From assembly GCA_965229675.1 (NCBI GenBank), contig OZ245897.1, forward strand, positions 9,164 through 73,163: a stretch of DNA of 64,000 nucleotides, in the 5' to 3' direction. The stretch's first letter is position 1. The number at the start of each line of letters is the position of its first letter. The notes below the pieces were generated by a model. It made no database searches and was not told the DNA's origin. It saw only the letters and a list, made by a program, of their open reading frames with translations. The position numbers and the translations under genes are program-made. Positions 30,135 to 38,676 of this stretch are shown here, piece after piece. The DNA is from Alphaproteobacteria bacterium. Lineage in GTDB: Bacteria > Pseudomonadota > Alphaproteobacteria > CBDDJK01.

Positions 30135-31315
30135 GTAAGAAAATATACGGTTACGGGCGACAAACCATAACCGATGCAGATATTGCTGAAGTTCTGCGTG
30201 TATTATCCACCGATTATTTAACGCAAGGCCCTGAAACACCCGCTTTTGAACAAGCTCTGGTTGATTATTGCGGGCAAGGACAAAGCCTTACTAATTTGCA
30301 GGCAGTTGTTGTAAATTCAGGAACTTCTGCGCTTCAATTAATTTATCAGGCTCTTGGAATAGGAAAAGGGTCTTTAGTTTGGGTGCCAGCCATTAGCTTT
30401 TCTGCAACCGCTAACTGTGCCGTTGCGCTTGGCAGCAATATTGCGTTCATTGATTGTGAAGCTGATACGGGGCTGATTGATTTGAACGCACTTGAAGCTA
30501 ATTTACAACAAGCCAATACTGATAATCAGCTACCTGATCTTGTGGTACCTGTTCATTTGAACGGGCGTCCTGTTGATATGAAACGGCTTGCCAAGCTTTC
30601 TGCCCATTATGGGTTTCAAGTCGTTGAAGATGCGTGCCATGCGCTAGGGTCGGTGCTTGATGGCGAATATATTGGCAGCTCTGCTTGTTCTGCTGCTGCC
30701 GTCTTTAGCTTTCATCCTGTTAAATCAATTACCACGGGTGAAGGCGGTGCAATTTTAAGCCGTGATATCAATCTTATCAATAAAGTGCGTTCAGGTCGAA
30801 GCCATGGATTTCAACGAACAGGAACTTATCCTTGGGAAAATTATCAAGAAACCTTAAGTTTTAATGCGCGGTTAAGCGATATTGGGGCTGCGCTTGGTCG
30901 TAGCCAGCTATCAAAATTAAATGAAAGAATCGATAAACGCCGTAAGCTTGCACAGCTTTATGATCAAGCAATTGCTAATATTAAAGGAATTACCACTTTA
31001 CCTGCCTTACCTGATGGCACACAATCAGCGCATCATCTGTATCCCGTGCGCCTTACCCATCATATTGATCGCAAAGAACAATTATTAAAATATTTATGTG
31101 ATGATGGGGTGATGGTACAAATTCATTATCCACCAATCTACAGCCATCCATTTTATCAAAAAATGCGAACCGATTGGGTATCTTGTGTTGGCGCAGAAGC
31201 TTATAGCAATGCAGTCTTCTCTCTTCCCTTATATCCAACCTTAATGAATGAAGAGGTTTCGGACATTACAGAAAGATTATCCAATGCGCTTTGTATGCTT
31301 GAAAGAAACGCATAA
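30131..31315 (+). CDS. DegT/DnrJ/EryC1/StrS family PLP-dependent sugar aminotransferase
   Basis: 394 aa with a lysine motif [17 protein letters not shown]. The start overlaps the hslU stop (ATGA). Confidence 0.85.
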   Translation: MSKKIYGYGRQTITDADIAEVLRVLSTDYLTQGPETPAFEQALVDYCGQGQSLTNLQAVVVNSGTSALQLIYQALGIGKGSLVWVPAISFSATANCAVALGSNIAFIDCEADTGLIDLNALEANLQQANTDNQLPDLVVPVHLNGRPVDMKRLAKLSAHYGFQVVEDACHALGSVLDGEYIGSSACSAAAVFSFHPVKSITTGEGGAILSRDINLINKVRSGRSHGFQRTGTYPWENYQETLSFNARLSDIGAALGRSQLSKLNERIDKRRKLAQLYDQAIANIKGITTLPALPDGTQSAHHLYPVRLTHHIDRKEQLLKYLCDDGVMVQIHYPPIYSHPFYQKMRTDWVSCVGAEAYSNAVFSLPLYPTLMNEEVSDITERLSNALCMLERNA

Positions 31316-31363
31316 GGGATTGTCAGCCAGTCCTTTATTTTGTATAGAATATTGATCTTAATT

Positions 31364-31450
31364 GCGGGTGTGGTGGAATTGGTAGACGCGCTGGATTCAA
31401 AATCCAGTTCTGGTAACAGAGTGTGAGTTCGAGTCTCACCACCCGCACCA
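31364..31450 (+). tRNA. tRNA-Leu (anticodon CAA), type II with a long variable arm and encoded CCA
   Basis: The sequence GCGGGTGTGGTGGAATTGGTAGACGCGCTGGATTCAAAATCCAG...GAGTTCGAGTCTCACCACCCGCACCA forms a 7-bp acceptor stem. The anticodon loop is TTCAAAA, and the T-arm is GTTCGAGTC. Confidence 0.9.
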
Positions 31451-31559
31451 TACTTACAACCGAACTTTTAACCAACAAGAACTTTAAGTAAAAAAGGGGA
31501 TGGGCGCAAATGCTCCCACCCCCCAACGCTTACATCAAAGCCAGCAAGATAACTGCCAA

Positions 31560-31860
31560 AATGGCGGCTATGTTGACTTTGATTCCCACGCTAATCTGAA
31601 TATTTATCATAAGATAAAACCTCAGATCGTGAAGCTCCACGACCTAAAAGGTTGTGGTAAAACGCTCCCTTCTAACGGTTTAACCGCCGTTAAGGGTGAT
31701 CGGCCCTATCCTTGTCGTGCTAGCTTAAGGTCATGGCAGGGACGGGCGCAGGTCTGTTTAACAGGCAAATCTGCCCGTTCCCGCGTTACCTGCTTACCGC
31801 CTCCGAGAGGCACCCGAACAGAACGAGCGGTCATTGGCGGGGCAGATAACACCGATTATC
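31560..31860. ncRNA. Candidate structured non-coding RNA or structured remnant. Class and strand are undetermined.
   Basis: There is no plausible ORF on either strand. GC content is visibly higher than in the flanks. Several long imperfect helices are present, e.g. GGGACGGGCGCAG...CUGCCCGUUCCC and CUGCUUACCGCC...GGCGGGGCAG. Confidence 0.25.
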
Positions 31861-31863
31861 GTT

Positions 31864-31903
31864 TAAAAAAAGTAAATGAGTCAAGGGGAAGTTTGCCCCC
31901 TTG
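31864..31903 (-). terminator. Rho-independent terminator of the 117-aa membrane-protein gene
   Basis: A perfect 7-bp stem CAAGGGG / CCCCTTG is followed on the minus strand by a T-rich tract (TTTACTTTTTTTAAAC). Confidence 0.7.
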
Positions 31904-31916
31904 TGGTTGTCAGGAA

Positions 31917-32270
31917 TTAGTTAATAATAACCAGCAAAGTCCCAACGATTAAAGCACCATGGATAAAAAGAGACATATAGGCCATAACGCCGTATTCAGT
32001 TTCAAATCCGCGTTCGATCTTTTTAAAGTCATCGGGGTTGTCAAGATCAGCAGACTTTCGCCAATCATCCCAAGCACGTTTCTTTTCAAAATAAATCATA
32101 TAGGGGATGCAAAGGATAAAAAATCCAATCCATTGAACCCCATTAAAATCAGTAATGCTTATTTTTCCTTCATTAGACCCTATCATCAGGGAACCAAAAA
32201 CAAGGCAACAACAAGAAATACCCTTATGGGTGATGATTTCGGCGTTCAAGTCTTTAAGTTTTTCAAGCAT
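31917..32270 (-). CDS. Hypothetical small membrane protein
   Basis: 117 aa with 2-3 predicted transmembrane helices. It is AT-rich and is followed by a terminator. Confidence 0.5.
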   Translation of the reverse strand: MLEKLKDLNAEIITHKGISCCCLVFGSLMIGSNEGKISITDFNGVQWIGFFILCIPYMIYFEKKRAWDDWRKSADLDNPDDFKKIERGFETEYGVMAYMSLFIHGALIVGTLLVIIN

Positions 32271-32285
32271 GGCAGGTGGAGGGGG

Positions 32286-32876
32286 TTAGTAGCTTTCTGT
32301 ATCTTTACAGATTTTAAAGCGATGCTCTTTAAAAAAGATATCGTTTTTGCACATATTAATAATTTGATCTTTGATTGGTTTTTCCATTCTTATATTTTGA
32401 AGAGAGTAAAGAAGGTCAAAGTGACTTGTCATACTCTCGATTTCTGTAATTGGGGGATTGTTCATAGAGCTAAAAACAATATCAGATATTTCACTAAAGC
32501 CGTGTTGTTTGATAAAGTAAGCCCAAGGTTCATCCATTTTCCAATTAACAAGTCTGGCATCGCGGGTAATGAAGCCAAAAACCATAAGAGCGAGATTAAT
32601 GTCCGCCTTTTCAGAAAACACAATCATAATGCTATAATTTTGTAATTCAGGACTCGACAAACCTACTATCACGCTAACGCGTCGGCGTCCATTTTCGTTA
32701 TATATTCCGTATTCTTCCCCGCGCAATTCGTAGATCAAGGAGTGCGCGCCCGCTTCCAAAAGTTTGTTTATAATTTCGTCTTTTTCGGTTTCTTCATGTG
32801 CGGCAGCAGGAGTAGCGATCATGAGCGCAAAAAGAATAGCGGTAATGTATTTGACCATGTTTAACCCTCTTCCCAA
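32286..32876 (-). CDS. Hypothetical secreted protein
   Basis: The likely start is MVKYITAILFALMIATPAAAHEE (32858), which is a clear signal peptide. The gene is AT-rich and its function was not recognised. Confidence 0.55.
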   Translation of the reverse strand: MGRGLNMVKYITAILFALMIATPAAAHEETEKDEIINKLLEAGAHSLIYELRGEEYGIYNENGRRRVSVIVGLSSPELQNYSIMIVFSEKADINLALMVFGFITRDARLVNWKMDEPWAYFIKQHGFSEISDIVFSSMNNPPITEIESMTSHFDLLYSLQNIRMEKPIKDQIINMCKNDIFFKEHRFKICKDTESY

Positions 32877-32997
32877 AAAACTATTGACTTCGATATTAAA
32901 AAAACAAGAAGCTAGACAATCCTAGAGTAGATTTTTTATAAGTTTATTTAATAGTATCTTATAAACATTTCCTTGTCTATTGTTAAATCTCCATTCG

Positions 32998-33005
32998 CAT
33001 TCTTT
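32998..33005. repeat. 8-bp target-site duplication (left copy) of the IS1-family element: CATTCTTT
   Basis: It is identical to 33787-33794 and lies immediately outside the terminal inverted repeat. Confidence 0.8.
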
Positions 33006-33786
33006 GGCATTGACAACTATAGATAGATAATTTAATATGTCTAAAGATTTTCACATTTGATATTGGAGGTATTTTATGGATCATTGTAAATATTGTGGCC
33101 ATCAATCATTAGTCAAAAATGGTTTTGTTCGTGGTTTTCAGCGTTATCGCTGTCGTTCTTGTAGGCGTAATCAAATTGAAGGTGACCGCCGTGAAAAATA
33201 TTCAAACTCACTTCGTAAACAAGCCTTGGCGATGTATCTTAACGGCAGTGGGCTTAGAGCCATTGGGCGGATATTAAATGTCCCTTATCAACTTGTTTCC
33301 AAATGGATTGAAAATGCGGGGAAGATTGTAGAGTGTGAACTTCTGAAACTTCAAATGCAGCGACGAGAAATAAGCATCTTAGAGATGGACGAGCTTTATA
33401 CCTACGTACAAAAAAAGAAAACCGAACACGCGTATGGCTGGCTGTTGATCGGGACAGAAACCAAGTTATTGCGGCTCATGTCGGAGGAGGAGAATGGAAA
33501 GACGCAAGGCAACTCTATTGGATGATCCATAGACATAAAATCGATCTTATCGCTACTGATGGGAATTATAACTACGCAACTATGTTTCCTAATTATCAAA
33601 AGCATATTATAAGCAAAGCTGAGACTTGTCTTGTGGAAGCAAAAAACTCTTCTTTAAGGGATATGCTTGCAAGGTTAAATCGAAAAACCAAACGATATTC
33701 AAAATCAATCAAAATGCTACGATATTCAGTTCATTTATGGATAATGAAAGAATTTGCAATCAAATCTATCTATAATTGACAATGCC
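33006..33786 (+). mobile_element. IS1-family insertion sequence (781 bp), apparently intact
   Basis: The 23-bp terminal inverted repeats are GGCATTGACAACTATAGATAGAT (33006-33028) and the reverse complement of 33764-33786, GGCATTGTCAATTATAGATAGAT, with 2 mismatches. It has 8-bp target-site duplications and InsA/InsB-like coding in two frames. Confidence 0.85.
33076..33779 (+). CDS. insAB: IS1-family transposase InsAB' (InsA zinc-finger/HTH fused to the InsB DDE domain through a -1 frameshift)
   Basis: InsA-like CxxC...CxxC (MDHCKYCGHQ...YRCRSCRR) in frame 1 runs to 33525. An InsB-like frame is open from 33339 to 33779 (...VWLAVDRDRNQVIAAH...LIATDGNYNYA...). The slippery heptamer A_AAA_AAG at 33411-33417 lies inside the overlap. 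Confidence 0.8.
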
Positions 33787-33794
33787 CATTCTTT
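33787..33794. repeat. 8-bp target-site duplication (right copy): CATTCTTT
   Basis: It is a direct repeat of 32998-33005. Confidence 0.8.
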
Positions 33795-34101
33795 GAGGTG
33801 AAGATAGAATTTGTTATCTGTTAATCCGTTAAATTTATCCAGCCATAGCCGTCTACCATGATATTTGTCATATCGATCCCCACCATTGATTGGTGCGCGT
33901 TGGTTTTGAAGTGTTTGAGGTTGATTTTGCCTTTAGTTTTTTGTTATTTTTAACCAGCACAAATGCTTGATTAATATTCCAGAAATCAATTTCTGCAAGT
34001 CTGCGTTTGGCTCATTCTAATAATTTTACAGCTTGCACTTGCATTGTTATTGGTATAATTTTTGCTGATAGGGATTATCTTATTAAAACTGCGGGGGAAA
34101 A

Positions 34102-34281
34102 ATGAACGAAAAAATATCGTTGCCAATTATATACGCCTTAAGTTTTGCTCTTATAAGCGTTTTTTTTATTTCCATTTTTACGATTATATCGGGTATTGAA
34201 TTTTCTAATTTTGCAGAAAACACAACAGCGATCATAGCAGGTGCCATTGGTGCAACTGTTAAAGCGTTACATATTTTATAA
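34102..34281 (+). CDS. Hypothetical very small membrane protein (59 aa)
   Basis: It reads MNEKISLPIIYALSFALISVFFISIFTIISGIEF... It is hydrophobic and overlaps the next ORF out of frame. Confidence 0.3.
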   Translation: MNEKISLPIIYALSFALISVFFISIFTIISGIEFSNFAENTTAIIAGAIGATVKALHIL

Positions 34282-34660
34282 TGTATTTATGACTGATGGA
34301 ATATTAACGCATTTAGACACAATGATTTTTGCATGCTCTTTACCTTTTACTATTTTAGGAATGGTTTTAAGACGTAAAAGAAAATCAAAAGCTTGGTCTA
34401 TTGATGGGATACTAAGCGATCTTTTAAAGGGTGTGACAATAGTTTCTATTGCCTTCATGTTGTGGGCAATGTTTTTTGATAAAAATTATTTCTTTGAAGT
34501 TTTGACGAGTGGACAAGCCTCAATTTTATTTCCTATTGCGTTCATTGCGGCGTTACTTGTGTTAATTAATAATTTTTGGAAAACAGGATTGCAACCAGAA
34601 CCAAGCAAAACAACTCCTTTGCAGGATAAAGATAAAGAAACACAATCATTACTTGACTGA
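34241..34660 (+). CDS. Hypothetical membrane protein
   Basis: 139 aa with 3-4 transmembrane helices. Confidence 0.45.
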   Translation: MPLVQLLKRYIFYNVFMTDGILTHLDTMIFACSLPFTILGMVLRRKRKSKAWSIDGILSDLLKGVTIVSIAFMLWAMFFDKNYFFEVLTSGQASILFPIAFIAALLVLINNFWKTGLQPEPSKTTPLQDKDKETQSLLD

Positions 34661-34846
34661 CGCATAAGCATAAGCATAAGTTCATTGGCACTGAAATCAG
34701 CTTCTTCTAATCTGCGCCTTATTAAACTTGGTAATCTTTGCACCATCATATATACCCAACGCCCTGACGGTTTTGGCACAGGTTTATAATTGCCTTAGCG
34801 TGCTATTTTTAAATTACCCGCACCATATTTAAAGCCAAAAACCGCC

Positions 34847-35041
34847 TTAAAACAACTTAACTAAAGTAGCAATTAAAGCGGCTTGTCCCAGAAGCAAGGG
34901 AATAAGCCAACGAAGTATGCGATTTTCAAAAATACTAAACCGTTCTTCAAGATAGCCACGAGTAACCATCTGATCAGAAGTTATCTCAGACCATATTTTT
35001 ACCTGTTCCACCGCTTGCGCTTCTTCTGTAACAGCATTCAT
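34847..35041 (-). CDS. Hypothetical small protein with a C-terminal transmembrane anchor
   Basis: 64 aa, a helical region then LIPLLLGQAALIATLVKLF. It lies downstream of fdhD on the same strand. Confidence 0.4.
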   Translation of the reverse strand: MNAVTEEAQAVEQVKIWSEITSDQMVTRGYLEERFSIFENRILRWLIPLLLGQAALIATLVKLF

Positions 35042-35179
35042 GGAAACATTCCTTTTAAAATTACTTATATCTTACCAGATTCCACAACCATTTTAACGTA
35101 TCATATTCTTTCGATTAAGCCAATTTTAACACATATATTACGCGCAATCAAAGATACGCAAGCCACACCATATTTACAA

Positions 35180-36007
35180 CTACACTAACCGTTGTGGGGC
35201 GTTTAAAATCAAATAGCGTTGCCCTTTTGCACGACCAATCAATGTAAGATTGGCCTTTCGCGCAAGTTCAATTCCAAATACCGTAAAGCCTGAACGCGAA
35301 ACCAGCACAGGAATACGCATCATCACACATTTTATAACCATTTCGCTGGTAAGACGACCCGTTGTAAATAAAAGCTTATCACCGCCATCCATATTATGTT
35401 GGCGCATATAGCCCGCAATTTTATCAACCGCATTATGGCGACCAACATCTTCCATATAAATTAATGGGTTTGCTTGTTTTGCCAGAACACAACCATGAAT
35501 AGCCCCTGCTTCAAGATACAATGATGGTGTGGTTGGAATGACTTTTAAAAGATGAAATAAATCTTCTTTTGTTAAGACTACTTTAGATGAAGGATCAAGC
35601 GTGATATGTTCAAATTGTTCCATAACATCACCAAACATAGTCCCCTGCGCACATCCAGAGGTTCGAATTTTCTTTTTTAATTTTTCTTCATAGCTGGTTG
35701 GCTGATCGGTACGAACAACAACAACGCTGAGCTCTTCATCATAATCAATCGCGGTGATCTGTTCGCCTTCTTTTAATAAATGCTGATTGACCAGATAGCC
35801 AACCGCTAAATATTCAGGATGATCGCCTATGGTCATATTGGTCACAATCTCTTGACCATTTAAAAATAAGGTGATGGCACGTTCTTTAATCACAGGGAGG
35901 GAGATTTGTTCCCCCCGCTCATTCATCGCTTCAACAGTTGTTTTTAATTCTGGCATATCAATATTTGGTGCCACCAGCCATTCATGATTTATTTTAGGAT
36001 CTTTCAT
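35180..36007 (-). CDS. fdhD: Formate dehydrogenase accessory sulfurtransferase FdhD
   Basis: 275 aa FdhD/NarQ-family fold (GCAQG..., VGRHNAVDK, SGRLTSEM-like). No formate dehydrogenase gene is adjacent. Confidence 0.8.
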   Translation of the reverse strand: MKDPKINHEWLVAPNIDMPELKTTVEAMNERGEQISLPVIKERAITLFLNGQEIVTNMTIGDHPEYLAVGYLVNQHLLKEGEQITAIDYDEELSVVVVRTDQPTSYEEKLKKKIRTSGCAQGTMFGDVMEQFEHITLDPSSKVVLTKEDLFHLLKVIPTTPSLYLEAGAIHGCVLAKQANPLIYMEDVGRHNAVDKIAGYMRQHNMDGGDKLLFTTGRLTSEMVIKCVMMRIPVLVSRSGFTVFGIELARKANLTLIGRAKGQRYLILNAPQRLV

Positions 36008-36066
36008 TGCCTTTGCTTTGCTTTAACGTTATGATTTAACTGGTTATTATAAAGAGGAGATAATAA

Positions 36067-37701
36067 ATGCACCAAAATTACGCCCGTTTACAACCAACTT
36101 CAGCAAATTATGTTCCGCTATCCCCGCTTTCGTTTCTATCGCGTGCGGCGACATGTTTCAAGACTTTGCCTGCGGTTGAATATGGCAATACCCATTATGA
36201 TTGGGGAACGGTTGCTTCAAGGGTGCGTGCGTTTTCAGCAGCATTAAAAGCGTTTGGTATTGGCAAAGGCGATACCGTTTCGGTATTATCGCCCAATATT
36301 CCAGCAATGTTTGAATTGCATTATGCGGTGCCTTTAGCAAGGGCTGTTTTGAATACCATCAATATCCGCCTTGAGGTTGATACTGTTGCTTATATTCTGG
36401 AGCATTCTGATTGTAAATTACTGATCATAGACAGCGCCTTTGGTGAACTAGCAAAAGCGGCTTTAACCCAAAATGGTTGCGACATTCCCGTAGTTGAAAT
36501 TGTTGATCTTGAGGCAGGGATGAAACCTGCTGGTATTGGGCTTGCTACCTATGAGCAATGGATTGATAACCATCTTGATAATGATATTGAAATCACACCA
36601 CCTGAAGACGAGTGGGATGCAATCACCCTTAGCTATACCTCTGGTACATCAGGGCGACCTAAAGGAGTTGTTTACCATCATCGCGGTGCTTATTTGATGA
36701 GTATGGGAACAGCCGCCGCTTGGGCAATGCCTGCGCGTGCAAGCTATTTATCCATCGTTCCCATGTTTCATTGTAATGGCTGGAACCATCCGTGGGCGAT
36801 TGCTATCATTGGCGGAAAAATGGTGTTCACGCGCGACCCGTTACCAGAGAAAATCTTTGCGGCAATTACCCGTAGCAAAGTAACCCATTTTGGTGCCGCA
36901 CCAATTATTTTATCAATGCTGGCGGAGTCAGAACATGCACCAGAACATCCGTTTGAACCACCCATTAAGGTATTAACTGCGGGCGCACCGCCTCCCCCTG
37001 CGGTATTGGAGCGTGCGGCCGCCATCGGTCTTGAGGTGATGCAGGTTTATGGCTTGACCGAAACTTATGGCCATATCACACAATGTGTATGGCAACCTGA
37101 TTGGGCGGCGTTACCTGCTTCAGAACAGGCGCAACATCAAGCCAAGCAGGGCATTGCTTTTCCCATGGTTGAGCAGGTAAGCGTGATGGATCGTGACAAT
37201 AAATCCGTTGTTCCTGCTGATGGCGAAACCCAAGGCGAGATTGTGATTCGCGGAAATACGGTTATGAAGGGCTATTATAAGAACGAGGAAGCAACGGCTG
37301 ATTCTTTCGATAGTGGTTATTTCTGGTCAGGTGATGCCGCAATTCTTTATGAGGACGGCTATATTCGCATCAAAGATCGGTTAAAAGATGTGATTATTTC
37401 TGGCGGGGAAAATATTTCATCGGTTGAATTGGAAGCTGTCTTACACCGCCATCCCGATGTTCAGCTTGCGGCGGTCGTTGCAATGCCGCATCCAAAATGG
37501 GGGGAAAGCCCATGTGCTTTCTTGGAACTTAAACCTAATGCTAAGATTGATGAATCAGAAATGATTAACTTTTGCAAAAGCCATTTAGCTGGCTTTAAAG
37601 TCCCAAAGAAAATTATATTTAGCGAACTTCCTAAAACTGCGACAGGAAAGGTACAAAAATTCAAACTACGCGAACAGGCAAAAATGATAAGTGTGGGTTA
37701 A
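36067..37701 (+). CDS. AMP-dependent acyl-CoA synthetase/ligase
   Basis: 544 aa with the AMP-binding motif YTSGTSGRPKGV and the C-terminal GWFHTGD-type region (GYFWSGD). Confidence 0.88.
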   Translation: MHQNYARLQPTSANYVPLSPLSFLSRAATCFKTLPAVEYGNTHYDWGTVASRVRAFSAALKAFGIGKGDTVSVLSPNIPAMFELHYAVPLARAVLNTINIRLEVDTVAYILEHSDCKLLIIDSAFGELAKAALTQNGCDIPVVEIVDLEAGMKPAGIGLATYEQWIDNHLDNDIEITPPEDEWDAITLSYTSGTSGRPKGVVYHHRGAYLMSMGTAAAWAMPARASYLSIVPMFHCNGWNHPWAIAIIGGKMVFTRDPLPEKIFAAITRSKVTHFGAAPIILSMLAESEHAPEHPFEPPIKVLTAGAPPPPAVLERAAAIGLEVMQVYGLTETYGHITQCVWQPDWAALPASEQAQHQAKQGIAFPMVEQVSVMDRDNKSVVPADGETQGEIVIRGNTVMKGYYKNEEATADSFDSGYFWSGDAAILYEDGYIRIKDRLKDVIISGGENISSVELEAVLHRHPDVQLAAVVAMPHPKWGESPCAFLELKPNAKIDESEMINFCKSHLAGFKVPKKIIFSELPKTATGKVQKFKLREQAKMISVG

Positions 37702-37711
37702 TGGCTTTAAA

Positions 37712-38676
37712 GATAATCTATAGCGAATGGCATATGAATTGAATATGATTTTTGTGTCTAGACAATTTTAGTTGACATGAAATTATGTTAACTTATTGCT
37801 TAGATTTTAGGAAATGTGTATTGTCTTATAAAGCCTGTCACGGTCTAATCTTTGAGGCGACGGCAGCTCATTTTTGTATTAGTAAATCCAGTTTAGTTCG
37901 TTGGTCACATCGTCTTTCCCTCAAGACAAGGAGGAATAAGGGAAGCGTTAAAATTGATATGGATTTACTAAGAGATGACGTTGTTCGTTACCCTGATGCT
38001 TATTTGCATGAGCGTGCGTCAAGACAAGTCGTTAGCATTCGTGGTATCACACACGCATTAAAGCGTTTAGGGTTTAGCTATAAAAAAAACGCTATATCAC
38101 CCTAAAGCAGATGCACAAAAGCGTATTTTATTCAAACATAAGCTTAATGCTTACATAGATAATCAGCATCCGATTGTTTATATTGATGAAAGCGGATTTG
38201 CCCAAGATATGATACTAAGGATATGCCAAGAACGCATGGCTATAGTGAAATTGGCACAAGATGTTATGGTAAAAAAGATTGGCATGCAAAAGGATGCATT
38301 AATGTAATTGGTTCCTTATTGGGGTCAAGCTTGCTATGCACCTGCATGTTTGAAACAAATATCAATGCAGCCATATTCCATCAATGGGTAGTTCAAGAAT
38401 TGATCCCAAGAACCAAAGCTGGAACGGTTATTGTCATGGACAATGTAACCTTCCATAAAAGGCAAGATACCCAACAAGCAATTAAAGACGCAAAGTTAAT
38501 TCTTGAATATTTACCCTCATATTCTCCAGATTTAAATCCAATAGAGCATAAATGGGTGCAGGCTAAAGCAATAGGAAGAAAAACACAAAAAACTGTAGAA
38601 CAGGTCTTGCAAATCCAAAATTTATAGACTCATTTTATATGCCATTGGCTATAAAGTGAAAATTTCATAGATTATC
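37712..38676 (+). mobile_element. IS630/Tc1-mariner-family insertion sequence, degenerate
   Basis: The terminal inverted cores are AGATAATCTAT (37711-37721) and ATAGATTATCT (38667-38677). Each has AATGGCATAT inboard. Confidence 0.6.
37785..38627 (+). pseudogene. IS630-family DDE transposase pseudogene, broken by two frameshifts
   Basis: It runs in frame 0 from 37785 to 38105, where the HTH part is. It then shifts to frame +1 from about 38101 to 38300, which holds the first D (YIDESGF). It returns to frame 0 from 38223 to 38627, which holds the second D (VMDNVTFHK) and the E (YLPSYSPDLNPIEHKW). Confidence 0.75.

Larger units (their letters stand above)
32922..33925 (-). pseudogene. IS1595/ISXO2-like transposase C-terminal remnant, split by the IS1 insertion. 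Surviving pieces are 32922-32997 and 33795-about 33925.
   Basis: Removing the IS1 element plus one target-site-duplication copy restores a continuous minus-strand frame. It reads ...INGGDRYDKYHGRRLWLDKFNGLTDNKFYLHLKECEWRFNNRQGNVYKILLNKLIKNLL*. The segment KEcEwRFNNR resembles the IS1595-family C-terminus. There is no start codon and a frameshift lies upstream. Confidence 0.45.

Noticed and set aside
31560-31860. Hypotheses that the GC-rich block is a tmRNA (one- or two-piece), an RNase P RNA or an SRP RNA
   Set aside because: I found no tag-peptide ORF ending in Ala-Ala-stop, no T-arm-like GUUCRAnUCC, no UUCGACG, no P4 helix motifs (AGUCCGGGC / CCCGGCUUA) and no domain IV motif. There is only a loose ACAGAACGAGCGG resemblance. 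The class is left open and the hypothesis is not fully excluded.
31500-31952. 150-aa plus-strand ORF downstream of tRNA-Leu
   Set aside because: The translation is rich in R, G, P and C with no hydrophobic core or recognisable motif. The region behaves like structured non-coding DNA. It is retained only as a possible non-coding RNA.
31959-32645. 228-aa plus-strand ORF spanning two minus-strand genes
   Set aside because: It is antisense to two ORFs that have strong sense-strand signatures (signal peptide, transmembrane helices, terminator). Its F/K/I/N-rich composition is typical of the reverse strand of AT-rich genes.
34662-34679. (GCATAA)x3 tandem hexamer
   Set aside because: It has only three units in a degraded intergenic spacer. 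It is too short to call a functional repeat or phase-variation tract.
34486-34779. 97-aa minus-strand ORF
   Set aside because: It overlaps the better-supported 139-aa membrane ORF and a microsatellite-containing spacer. There are no motifs. It could at most be a transposase or integrase scrap (LIRRRLEEADFSANEL), but that is unsupported.
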